Part shown: in pieces, positions 33,238-47,973 of the stretch
Position numbering within the stretch: position 1 is the first letter of the stretch
Layout: each line of letters starts with the position of its first letter
NCBI RefSeq assembly: GCF_009914755.1
Contig: NC_060940.1
Source: the human T2T-CHM13v2.0 reference genome, Homo sapiens
DNA length: 64,000 nucleotides
Direction: 5' to 3' (one strand)
Translations under genes and position numbers: made by a program
Notes under the pieces: generated by a model
What the model was told of the DNA's origin: nothing
The model's database searches: none
Seen by the model: the letters and a program-made list of their open reading frames with translations, nothing else

Positions 33238-34401
33238 ATGTTAACAGAAAGTCAGTTCACATATCTGGGTGTCAGTCTGCTCACCTGTGAAATGGCAATG
33301 ATGCCTGAACTGCTTTGCAACCTTATAAAAATCAAGTAAGACTATCTACATGAAAATGTTTTTCCAAATCTAAGGTTATCTTTAGGATGCTCTCCATTCT
33401 AAGGAAGTTTGGATGTGAAATAGACTCTTCAGGGTCATCTTTTATAAACAGATATAAGCTTTGCTGTGTGTAGTAGTTTTTAGAGTCACAGGGAAAGCTG
33501 AGATATGTCTGAAGTGTTCTCAATTTTGCTGGTGTTTCGGTATGGCAGGGGAATGTGTGTGTGGAGGAAGTGTATCTTTTCTAAATGCATTGAAATGCCA
33601 ACAAGAGCAAGTTAATATGTGATAATTGACTCTGTGTTCTGGTGTCCAAATTTTGATAGATGAGCCTGTTCTATAAATTTCAGACTTCACTTCACAACTC
33701 TGGTTATTTATTTGTTCAGCATCGATGATGTTCTTGGGATGGTGCAAAGCAAAGAAGACAGAATATTTGCCCCAGAGGCAACAGTCTAAGTACGAAAGAG
33801 AATAAAAAGCCCAGAATAAGATCTATCACATTATCCAGTTCATTTTCATCAAGAAATCATATTCTAATTGCAAAGCCCAATTCTGGAAATGCAAACCTTA
33901 GAAAAAAATAAAATCAAAGGCAGAAGGTAAGGGGCCTCCTGCCATGACGTAGTTAATGCAGACAGTTTTATCATCTTTCAACAAATTGATCAACACACAA
34001 AACAGACTGATCTGTGCTCATTGGGTGTGCACATAGATGAATGTGTGTGCACACCCACACATGTGCACCTGCATGCACAATTGCAGCATCTATGCAGACT
34101 TAGGCCTTTATACAGAAATTCCCTGTCTTGGTCCAGGCGAACGTCACACAGTATGATTAAATGAAACCATTGAGTCCATAAACCCCCCCCCATTTGTCTT
34201 GCAGCACTCTGTCAGCCTTGCAGCATGCTGTAGATATAATACTTAGTGCCAGCAAATGTACAGTTCTTGTCAGGCATGGAGGAACATTCGGAATGGGCAA
34301 CAAGAATTGTCATTGCTCAAGGAAGTTTTTTGAAGAGCTGGTTTCCCTTCCCCTTGGAGCTGAGAAGGGGAATGAAGAACAGGCTTTCCCCAAAGCCTTA
34401 G

Positions 34402-34761
34402 TCTATTAATCCATTTTCACACTGCTGATAAAGACATACCCAACACTGGGTAATTTAAAAAGAAAAAGAGGTTTAATGGACTCACAGTTCCATGTGGCTG
34501 AGGAGGCCTCACAATCATGACAGAAGGAGAAAGGCATGTTTTACATGGCAGCAGGCAAGAGAGAAATGAGAGCCAAGCAAAAGGGGAAACTCCGTAAAAA
34601 GCCATCAGATTTCGTGAGACTTATTCACCATCACGAGAACAGTATGCGGGAAACCGCCATGATTCAATTATCTCCCACCTGGTCCCTCTGACAACATGTG
34701 GGAATTATGGGAGCTACAATTCAAGATGAGATTTGGGTGGGGACACAGCCAAACCCTATCA
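34402..34761 (-). mobile_element. THE1 (THE1B/C-like) solo LTR
   Basis: ttcacactgctgataaagacataccc...gagatttgggtggggacacagccaaaccctatca. Confidence 0.9.
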
Positions 34762-36213
34762 CTTGTTACAGGAGCATTTTAGGTGGAGAAGATGCTGACA
34801 GCCCCAGTACTTTCCAGCTACACACATTGTTAAGCCTGTTTTGGATGTTAACGTGTGAAAATACCACTGAAAGGTTCTAAGAAGCGTCTTTAACATCTCT
34901 GAAATTAGCATGTATCTTATGATTGATGGTGTCTTAGATTGAAGATATAGGATGTTTCCATACTGATTCCGGAAATGCCCTCTGCCTGGGAGACCTGGCT
35001 TCCCCAGCCTAACCTGGACTCTCTGGACCTTCCAAAGAGCCAGTGACTAGACCCTGCTTCATCTCTGTAGCCAGCAGGGCTCTCTTCTGATTGGTCCGGG
35101 AGCTGGATTCATTTTATATTTTTGAATGTTACCCATGCCATCTCCCTGAAAGCAACTATCCTGAAATTAGGGAAGGTGTGGGGCTGGTACTCACAGGAGA
35201 TAAGATGCGATGGTGGGCATGTCCTTCATGGCCTGCTGTACAGAGGCACTTGCTGTACCTTGCACATATCTGGAGACACATCCAAAGGGCCCTAGCGGAT
35301 TTGAAGCAGAGTCAATGCTCAACAGGTGCTATTACCTGCATGCTTTGGTAATGCTTTGGTAATATTCTGTGTATCTGGTATGCAGGGCTGTAGAATAACT
35401 TTGGTTAGACCTCTATGAATCATTCCTGTATGATCGAGTGACAGGGTGCATGGGGACGGGGTGGGGGAGCACACAGCTCCCTATTGATCAGATCCCCTGG
35501 AGGACTTGAGGAGAGGTCATCTCCACCTGTGAGGGCTCAGGGCAGGTGATAGGGAAGTGGGGCTTTGCGGGGTAGTGACTCAGAACTGATAAGTCACACA
35601 GATAACCTAAACCTGTGGGACTCACTGTCTCTGCTGGAGCTAACTCCGGTGCAGGTTAATCCATTCGTTTGTCAAATGCTTTCCATTGGCCAGGCTTGGT
35701 GCCAGGCTGCTGTAGGCCAGTTCAGCTGCCACTTTGTTCTCCTAATGGGCTGCATGGCTGGGCTGAAGCACTGTGAGGTTCACAAGCAGCTTGACGAGGT
35801 GGGTAAAAGCCACCCGGGAGGGGAAATGACCTTGTGCTTCTGAGGAAGTTATTATTAAGTATGTTTTTCCAGGGCATATGAGACAGAGGTTTGGGCTTGG
35901 GTGATCTGGAGCCGGAGCATCACGTGGATTTCCTGGGCATGGGTCCATTGGGTGTCTTCCTAAGCTTTTCAAATCAGAGGAGCTGACAATGGCTCCACCT
36001 CAGTGTCCATGGCCACCAGCCACCATGAACACTCCCCAAGTGAGAAAGCCAGAAGTGTCTGCTCTAGGTGGAGGCTAAAGGACCTCTCACACTGCCTTCC
36101 AAATGGTGGCATAGTTATTTGGGAGGGAGAATTTTTTCAGATTTCAGACATTTTTGTGCCACCTTCATGACATTTGCCAAAGCCCAGCATGACCTCTACT
36201 ATTATTTTCTTAA

Positions 36214-36480
<267 letters not shown>

Positions 36481-36553
36481 TTCTTAATTTTTTTGCTTAA
36501 GTTAGCCCATTTAAAAATGATAATTTATCACAAAGAACAAGTTTTCCCCTTCA

Positions 36554-37046
<493 letters not shown>

Positions 37047-37509
37047 CTATGGATTTGCAAATCTAACACATACTGTGCAAGTATAGTTAAAATAAATATT
37101 GTTTAAAAGCAACTTTATTTTGAAGCCACCCTAAATGGAAAACCGGCAACACTTGCCATAATTAGAAAGTGATCATAAAAATAAGTTAGATTGAAAACAA
37201 AACAGTGTGATTGAATTTTTGCTCTCTAGTGTGACTGGAATGTTCTAAGCCTGCAGTGATTTCCATCTTTGCTTAAAAGAGGATACTAGGGGACACTACT
37301 AAGAGCAGTTAAAGAAATATCAATATCAATGTGAGATGTTTCTCCTTGATGTAATCAGAAGGAATGAAGGTAAAGAAGGAGAGATAATACATCTCACTGT
37401 GTGATTTGGTGGTATTTAGTAAGTCTGTGTAGTACCTAAAATTACCAAGATGAGGCACACAACTGACGTTATGGGAAATATTGTTGGAGTTTGCCGAAAA
37501 CTCAGTTTA

Positions 37510-37803
<294 letters not shown>

Positions 37804-38215
37804 TCAGGTTTCTTTAATGTGTTAGCGATTGGGAGAGATGAGCCAAAAGAAAACTCAGAACAAATATGAGCACTAAGAGGAGAGTTTGACCTGCAATATT
37901 TACAAGGGAGTGTAGCCTTCCCAAGAACCAGGTTCCCTGAATAAAGGGTGTGGTGAGCATTTAAAAGACAATGTCAACTCACAGGGTTACAATGGATTTC
38001 TTCATTATTCTTACTGGTGGAAAGTCAGCAGTATTCTCCACAATTACCACATCTACATAGATTGTCACGTATCTGTAGACGTCAGTGTCACAAAAGTCAG
38101 AGATAAAGTTGTTTTCACTAGGGAATCAGCAATTTATGAGACAGTGGCACAAGGCTTTTCTTTATTTTAATTTTGAGGCTCATGTGAGACAGGACGTCCC
38201 TTTTGTAAAATCTCA

Positions 38216-38594
<379 letters not shown>

Positions 38595-39089
38595 CCATGA
38601 AGCTTATACACAGGGCTGGGTAGGATGTCAATTTTGCTTTTTCAGACAGTTTAATTTCACTGGATCAAGAGCGGAAGACAATGCAACTTCTTTGTGTGCT
38701 TTTAACTGTGTAAAAGAAGACCCACTGCAGAAAATGGTCCCTGGAATTTCCCTTTGTTAACAGAGGCAATGCAGAGGGTGTCTATGATGACAGGGCTTCC
38801 CAAGCTTGCCTTTAACAGGGCTGATGGTCAATTAAAGGGAGATGGCTTTCTTCCACCTCAGGGTGCTCCCTAGCCTCAGTGCTTGCTGCTGGGTGAAGGA
38901 ACCCCAGATCAACCCTGAGGCTGATGGAGAGATGAGTGGACATTGAAGCAAGGCCTCACGGTGGCACAAGGGCTTTTTAGGAAGCATACAAAGACAGATC
39001 TTATTGGAGAGAGAGAGAGAGGGAGAGAAGCCCGGATTCCAAGCATGAACTCAAAATGGAGATAAAGTTGCAGAAACTACTACGGAAGG

Positions 39090-39350
39090 CAGTTTCAGCA
39101 TAGCTATGAAAAATTCGAACTCTGAGATCAGAAGGAATACATTGGAATCTCAGCTCCACCACATGCAAGGTGTGTGTGTGTGCCAACCAGAGGCTTCTCT
39201 GTCTCAGTTCCTCCATCTGCACACTGGGACTAATCATATTGACTGCCACATAGGGTTGCTGTGAGGATTCAATGAACAATTACACATAAAAGTGCTCGAA
39301 ACATCTGTGGCGCATGAGAGGTATTAAAAGCCTGTTAGTTGTCATTATTG
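39090..39350 (+). mobile_element. MIR SINE
   Basis: ctcagttcctccatctg...atagggttgctgtgaggattcaatga. Confidence 0.7.
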
Positions 39351-39754
39351 GCCATTGATTTCTTCATCATACCTTTATTCAGCAGCATGCTAAGGACACA
39401 GAGATGAATATAACACAGAGCCTCTGGGCTCTTCACTGTTTGGTGAGGCTATTAGATGTTCGTGGAAAGTTTGCACACAAGTCAGATGAGAATAGGTACC
39501 ATATTAGAGATACAAGGAGAGCTATAGTAAGTAGCATGGAAAGGAGAGAAAATTCATTTAGGGGAATTTGGGAAAGCTTCCTGGAGGAGGTGGTATGTTA
39601 TTTGGACCTCAATGGCCAGAGAGGATTTCCTTGGATAGAGATGTTTTTGGTTGGGGGCTAATAAGGAGGGGGACCCTATAGGGATGCTGTTTCTAAATAC
39701 ATTCACTTCATGATTTTACCTCTGTTTACAGTCGAATCACAAAATAAAGTGGCT

Positions 39755-40047
<293 letters not shown>

Positions 40048-40289
40048 TGTTGTTTCAGATCACTTTAGTTCCACATGAATTTATTGGCCACCTGCTATGT
40101 GCCAGGCAATGTGCTAAGCCCTGGAGAAATGAAGATGATAAAGAGAATTAATCTCTCTTTTAAAGAGAAGAAGGTACAGACAAATTCAGTGGTCAGACTT
40201 ACTGAGAGAGAGAGAAAGCTCCCAGCATTTGTGGGGTCATAGAGGAGGGGCCCCCACCCAGGGTGGGCCAAAGAGGCTTTCAAGAGAGC

Positions 40290-40685
40290 TGGTGCCTATG
40301 TTTTGGGGTGTTTGCATCTGCTGTTCCTCTACAGGGATCATTCTTCCCCCAGAGCATCTCAGGTCTGGCTACTTCTCATCATGCAGGTCCCAGCTCCAAT
40401 GTCACCTCCTCAAAGAGACCATTCTCAGCCACCTAGTCTAGGCTGGCTCACCTCCTCACCACTCTCTATCTTTCCTCACCACCTTGCTTTATTTACTTCT
40501 TACTTCTCACTGACATCTGAAATTATTGTGTTCATTTTCTCTTTTATTTACTCTTTCCCCACTAGCCTGAAAACTCCCCTAGAGACCAGGAACCTTGTCT
40601 ATCATATTCATGACTGTATCCCTGAAGCTCAGAAAGGTGTCTGGCACACGATGGGTGCTCAATAAATATGCGTTGAGTGAATACT
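40290..40685 (+). mobile_element. L2 3' end
   Basis: atgtcacctcctcaaagagacc...tggcacacgatgggtgctcaataaatatg..tgagtgaat. Confidence 0.7.
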
Positions 40686-40804
40686 CTTAGCGATGAGGGA
40701 TGATTAGGAATTGATGAGTCTGTTCGGGGCTACAAACTTGTCCACCCCTTTACTAAGCTTGCCACACCTGGTTCTGAAAGAATATGGAATGTAGATGCAG
40801 GTGA

Positions 40805-41625
40805 CTCAGTCATCAATAGGTATTTATTGAGCACCTACTGTGTGTCAGCCACATAGTCACTGGGGAGAGAGGAATGAAAAAAACAGACAACAATTTCTGC
40901 CTTCATGCTGCTTACTTTTCTACAGGGTAGGAAGGAGATAGTCAATAAATAAGTAAGTCAAACATATCTATGTCAGATGGTGGTAAGTGCCATGGAGAAA
41001 ATACAGGGAGGCGGAGAAAGAATACTTGGTCTGGGAGGGTGTTGCAGTTTTAAGCAGGGTGGTTAGGGAAGGCCTAGCAGAGAAGGCAATATTTGAGTGA
41101 TGATCTGAAGGAGGTGAGGAGGCAAAACATGCTGTGATCTGGGAGAAGAATGTTCTAGCAGAAGCAGCACACGTGCAAAGGCCCTGAGGACAGAGGGTGG
41201 CTGGCATGTTTGAGGAAAACCCAGGGGCCAGTATGTCCAGGGTGGAGTGCCCAAGAAGTGCACAAGGGATGGGAAATAAACCTGGAGAGGTAACGGGGGC
41301 CGCCTGGTGCAGGACCCTGTAGGCCTTTGCAAGAATTTTGCCTTCCACTCTGAGCAAATGCAGGACTATTGGCTAGTGTTGAGTTAAGGCATTATATGAT
41401 CTGACTTACACTCTACAAGGATTTCTTGGGCTGTTATGTAAGGCAGTAAGGATGGAAGGAGGAAAACTGGCTAGGGGGCTGTTGCAAAAGTGGTTGCAGC
41501 AGTGGTGGTGGAGAGAGAAAGGAGAGGGGACAGATGCTGGATACACTTTGAAGGGACAGTGGCAGGATTTGCTGATGACTGCATGGGGCAAGGTGTGAGA
41601 GAGAGGACTCAAGAAAGACGGCATT
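40805..41625 (-). mobile_element. L2a 3' region
   Basis: tatttattgagcacctactgtgtgtcag...cacgtgcaaaggccctgagg...caggatttgctgat. Confidence 0.8.
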
Positions 41626-41630
41626 GGTGA

Positions 41631-41698
41631 TGATGATGGTAGCAGTGTTGCTGCTGAGGTTGATGATGGTAGCAGTGTTGCTGCTGAGGTTGATGATG
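41631..41698. repeat. Perfect 30-bp tandem duplication (2.3 copies)
   Basis: TGATGATGGTAGCAGTGTTGCTGCTGAGGT twice, then TGATGATG. Confidence 0.95.
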
Positions 41699-41706
41699 TG
41701 ATAGTA

Positions 41707-42020
41707 TTTCTTTCTTTCTTTCTTTTTTTTTTTTTTTTTTTTTGAGACAAGGTCTTGCTCTGTTGCCCATGCTGGAGTGCAGTGGCACAATCATGACTCA
41801 CAGTAGTCTTGACCCTCCAGGCTCAAGCAATCCTCCCACTTCAGCCTCCCTAATATGAAACTACGGGCATGAGGCACCATGCCCGGCTAATTTTTGTATT
41901 TTTTTTAGGGACAGGGTGTCACCATGTTGCCCAGTCTTGTCTCCAATTCCTCTCAAGCAATCCTCCTGCCTTGGCTTCCCTAAGTGCTAGGATTACAGGC
42001 CTGAGCCACCGTGCCCAGCC
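41707..42020 (-). mobile_element. AluJ
   Basis: Antisense Alu with poly(T). Confidence 0.9.
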
Positions 42021-45000
42021 CAAGTTCCTACTAAGGACTTGCTATCTTTCAGGCTCTTCCTTACAAGTGACAGGCTGGAGTCTGAACCAAATATACTTCC
42101 CAATACTTGCCCCGGGCTTGACTGGTCCTGTCTATCATAGACGTCCCTAAACTAACCAAAGAAAAGAACATTACGTTCTACTGTAGCTTGGAGTCTTCAC
42201 TCCCAAATAGGTGGGAGATGGCAGATTCCTCATTTCTAGAGATCTTTGAGGCCTTTTTTATAAATACAGAGTTCTTAGGTAACCTCTTGAGATCTGTTAA
42301 AGGTGAAATTAGCCCTCTTCCAACCCAGAAAAGGCAAGTGACACTCAATGGGAGCCACCCTGCTGCTCATTCTTGTTCCAGCCTCATCAGCATGTATGGG
42401 GAGGTGGCTGCCATGATGACACTGCCAAAATTAAGGGCCTTGTGAGTGTGGCTTCCCTTAAGCAGAATTGAACATGATAACACCTTCCTGCGAGATAGTC
42501 AAAATCTGAATCTCTCCGACTTTCCCAAAGCTGCTGAAGCATGGGGAAATGTTCTCTGCCTTGGCAGCCTCTTTGCAGTGTGTTTCTGCTTTGATGGTTT
42601 TAATAAAGATATGAAATCATCTAACAGCTTTCATTTTGCTCAGGCGAGATGGCTTAAAGTGGAGGTAGCATTTCCTAGGATCAATCCCCATTTTCAGAAG
42701 TGGTTGGTTAAACTCTCTGAAGTTTATGGCCACTTCTAGCTGAAACACTGTAGGATCTGAATTATTAATTCTGTGAAAAATGAGTTAAGTCATTGCAAAG
42801 CTCTGTGGTGGTGCAGTCCCTACTTTAGGCCCCCTTTCCTGTATTTTCTCTAGCACAAACATCTCCATTAACAAGAAATCCTTGGGTAACTTGGCCAAAT
42901 CTTTGTCTGTCACTCATTTCATGGAGAAGGAAAGAACTTGACTTAATTCAATTGTTCTTTCCTGCCTAGGATGAAGAAGAGAAATAACCAGAAATGACTC
43001 TGGGAAGTACTCAGGTCAGAGCCACTTACAGGTTTTCAAATTTGGGCATCATTCAAATGGCAATTGTGCAAGCAAGGTAGTCTCTAAAACAGGAACCTCT
43101 GAGCACCTCCTTCTATCCAGGTGGCTGGTGCCAAGGGAGGTCTGTAGAAGGATGGGGAAGTTCTGAGCTGTTCTGAATATGTCATTTTCAGCTGGGAACA
43201 GTGGCCAAGCTGCAGAGAGCTCCTATCCCATGGAGAAGCAGTTGGAAGTAGTGACGGCATCACAAACTCAACATCCTTAGGGATTCTGTGGGCACAGAAA
43301 TGAATGAATGAAGTTGGCTGTGGGTTATGCAGAATAGGTGGGGATTTGTCCCATTTATACAAGTCTTATTTAAATAGGGTATTTGGTCCCATTTAGATAG
43401 GGTATTGATTGTCCCATTTAGAGAGGACAATCAGTAGTCAGTCCTAAACAATATTTTTGACATCTCTGCATGGCCAGATCTCCTAGTTATAGCTTTTTTT
43501 TAAAAAGAAAAAGTTGAATATGGCATTTTAAAGAAAGTGAACTCTCAATTTATAATCACATCTTACTGATTCATAACTGTTATAGAACACTTGTGGGTCA
43601 AACAGGACATGTCTGTGGGCTGGATGGGACCTACAATCTGCCCTCTTATGACTCTGGGAAGGTAGGTCTTAGAAATAGGTACTAGTGGCTTCTAATCCTG
43701 CTTCTGCCATGGCTGTGGGGTAAGTTGCTTCATCTTTCCAAGCTTTGGCTTCTCCTATATAAGATAAGGATATGATGAAATGTTCCTGCCTTATAGGTTG
43801 CTGTAGTGATTCAATGTGATAAGAAAGTGTTTGATTTTATTATTGCTGTCTTGGGTCCTGCTTCCCTGATTGTGTTTGAAGGAGGTGTAATAATCGCTAA
43901 GCTGATGGCTGTGCTTGGAAGACAAGAGGCACTCACTGTCATCACACAGACCTTGGTCAATATGAGGGAAGCTGGGGTCTTAATAATTGGGCCAATAAGG
44001 AGGAGAAGAATCTCAAGCCAAGATGACCCATGCTTGGAGAAACCCATTTGGTTATAGAACTGGGCCCCAGACAGACAGCCAGCAATCTCCACCCCTCTTT
44101 ATTGTCATTCATGTACATGCCCACAGACTCGCTGTAGGATGTTGAGTTTGTGATGCTGTCACTGCTTCTCTGTAGGATAGAAGCTCTCTGCAACTTGGTC
44201 ATTGCCTCCAGCTCCCAATGACGTATTCAGAACACCAAGAGAAGAGCCCATACACTTCTCTTGGCATCAGCTACCTGAATTGGGTAGAAGTGCTCACAGG
44301 TTCTTGTTTTAGAGATCCGCTTGCTTGCACAGAATGTGAGTGCCTTTCTCATTCTAGTGGTGTAGATGAAGTCTAACCTGGAGCATGTGGTCTTGCTAAC
44401 AGGAGGAGGCTAAGAGGTGAGCAGGGGTGCACCATAAAGATCAGCCGGGAAGAATTTCTGTTCACCCTTGATCAGTACTTTGCACCTGTAGAATGACAGA
44501 GGAACATTGGGATGGTGGGACAGAGAGGGCTGGAGAATGAATACCTGCCAAGGTGGCCTCAGAGATGACACAATTCTCTTTAAAGCCAAACAAAGCTTTG
44601 ATGCAAATGGAGGTTTGTTGGGATTGGTTCTAAGTTCAATATTGAGAGCCTGGATGCATGAACCCTTGGTGGAAGAGCTGGGAGACCATCCAAACTTTGC
44701 CTTGCCTCTGGGCCAACCTGTCTACAACCTCCCCAATCATGGGGTCATCAACGTCCTTTACAAAATCTAACACGTTGCCTCCCATCCTTCAGTCATTTTT
44801 GTGCCATCTTCATGATTTGTTTTTTGGACATATTTACAAATAGTTCCATTTACTTTACATTATATTGAGGTCCACTCATAACTTTTACTCAAATGCATTT
44901 ACCTAAAATTGAAACTTTATATCACCATCCTAAATGAGGCTCCTCAACTCTTGCCAGAAATAGAATGTAGTCATAAAATGAATGCAGTGAAAACCAAACA

Positions 45001-45982
45001 ATGCAGTTCAATTCCAGCCCAATACAGTTGCCTATGCTTTGTTCTACATGAGGCAGCCTATTTCTCTGTTCCAGAGAGAGATCAAAAACTATTAGAAAGG
45101 TGTTAATGACATTCTAGCACCCAATGAAGACTTTCTCCATGATGGAATAAGAAGACTTGAATAGAATGGAAAAGGAAAGATAATTATCTTCTAATGATGT
45201 GATTAGATGACATTTAAAGCCATATCATTTGCCACCTAAATTTGTTTTTAGCCACTAGTGGTACATATCCCACATCTTGGGAAATGCCCACTAAGATTCT
45301 CCCTGCTTTGATGGAACTATATTATTTTATCATGTTTGGTTGTCATTGTCTATCAATAGCCTGGGAGGGTCTGGCTGACATTATAAAGTCTGGGTGGTTT
45401 AAAAAGCTGTGATTCCAATTTCAATTGCAAATGGATGGGGCATCATGGGAAAGCAAGCGCAGACATGAAGAACTGGAGGAAAAGATTCAGCTCCGCAGTA
45501 TTTTTAGGTCTCCTTCCCTGGATCGGTTTTACATAATTTGTATCTGGATTGTAGGTTTGATAAGTTCTGATATCTGCTCTCTAATATGTTACCTGAGGGC
45601 TAACCCATTTTTTTTTTTTACAATCTCAATTTAAATCACCGATGAGAAGTCTTTGTTTATTGTTCCTTAAAAACTGTAACTTGGATGAATCTCAAAGGCA
45701 TTATGCCTAGTGAAGAAAGGTTATGCACTGTATGTTTCCTTTCTATAACACTCTCAGACAAAATGAAAATGACAGAGAACAAATCAGTAGTTCCAAGGGC
45801 TTAGGGCAGCGGGGAGGGGTGGCCACAAGAGGCAGACAAGCGAGTTTTCTGGGTGCTCTGTAGGGACACCCAAGGGGGACTCTGTACCTGATTGTGGTGG
45901 TGGTCACATGTATCTATACATGTGTTAAAATTCATAAAGTGAATACCAATAAAAAGATGATTTTACTGGAAGATAATTTTAA

Positions 45983-46310
<328 letters not shown>

Positions 46311-47799
46311 TGAAGATAAAATTAAAAAATAAAACTTTATTCAAGAAACATCCCTGATTATAGAACTCAGCAGCTGGTGAGCATCCTACACCCCTCAACA
46401 GAATGTGGTTCATAATGATCAAAGAGACCCAGCCCTCACATTTTGGGGGTTCACAAGCTTCCCTAAACTTTCATCCTTATTATGAGTTACAATGTGGATG
46501 TGGGCGGTATTCAAGTCTTCCCCATCCCACACCCACATTCCTGAATGATGTTGGGGTCTGAAGTAACGGCTGGGAAGATTCCACTGTGGTCTGAGGCCAG
46601 GGTGGCCAGCATAGATGTCCAACCAGGCTTCTACTGAAAGGCATCAGATCAGGATACTGGAAGGCAGCTATGGGAAATGCATCTCATAAAAGGAGTGAAT
46701 GCTGGTGGATAAAAAGATCCAACTGAAGGTCCTGGGGTGAGTTGAACGGGATACGAGATGAGGAAAGATGGGCCATGAGCCACAGTGGAAGGGGTATCCC
46801 AGGGTTTTCCCCAAACAAGACAGTTCACAATCTACTGACAGCACCGATGACCTCCTGCCCACCAGACAGCCTCAGGACTGAGCAAGAAGCATTCCTGTTG
46901 CTCACCCCACCCACCCTACACCCTGAGCCAACTCAGCAAGGACCAAACCTTCCTGATGCATGCTGCCCAGTCAGAACACCCCCAGAGCTGGGGGACAACA
47001 TCTACCCTGGACTGTTGATACCCTCAGTTCCTTCTTCTGAGTACTATGTAGAGAACCCATGCTTCCCAGAGGCTTGTGTGCTACAAGACCTCACTCCCCA
47101 GCCTCTGCTAAAGATGGGCCACCAATGGTGTTGATCTGGAATTGGACACAGAGACTATGTCTATGACAGAGAGAGTAGCCATTAAAACCTGGCTGTATTG
47201 CTTGCACTTTGTATCCACAAGGCACCCCTGCATTCTTCCATAACCCCCATTTTTCACTTGGGTGAAGTTGAGTGGGTTTCTTTCCTTAGGTGACTCAGAC
47301 ACTACCTGTGTGGTTGTCGGTGCACACACTTGGGTGATTGTGCTGAAGCTACCTGGACTGGAGACAAGAATGTGTGTCTTGCTAACCCGTGGATGATAAT
47401 TAAATTCATGGAAGCAGCAGCAATGACCCAGGAGCACATATAGCTGGAGAAGAAGGTCAGAGGTAGGGTGTGACCAGGAAATAGATTAACAAAATGGGGA
47501 GGAGGGGCAGAGGATGGTGTCACTTCATAAACCATGGTGTGGTAGAGGGGAGGCACACCGGACCTTTTTGGGGAGTCTACTACTCTAAAGACTCTTCCTC
47601 TGGGCTAGCCCATGAGAGAAAGATATTTGTTATTTCCTACCATTTTTCCATGGTTATTGGTCTATGTGGACTCTTGTAGGGTCAGTTTTAGTTATTTATA
47701 TTTGCCTATTTCCAAAACAGTGGAATCACACTACATATTGAGGTGTGTGGGATCTGCTACTATCATCATTGTCTCCAACATATACTTTTATCTTTTCTG

Positions 47800-47942
47800 A
47801 TTGTAAGAATAATTAATTTACAAATAATTATTTAAATAAGCAAACAAAAAATAAAGAGATATTCACGTGGCAGAATCCAGCATAGCAGATAAAAGAAAAT
47901 ATATACTCCTATGGGAAGTTCTCGAGATATATTGTTCAGCTA

Positions 47943-47973
<31 letters not shown>

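Noticed and set aside
32215-33339. 374-aa and 306-aa PSFL-repeat ORFs and their antisense EGRK ORFs
   Set aside because: Translations of a stop-free CCTT/CCCT microsatellite.
35340-35361. 11-bp tandem duplication ATGCTTTGGTA
   Set aside because: Ordinary slippage event; too short to interpret.
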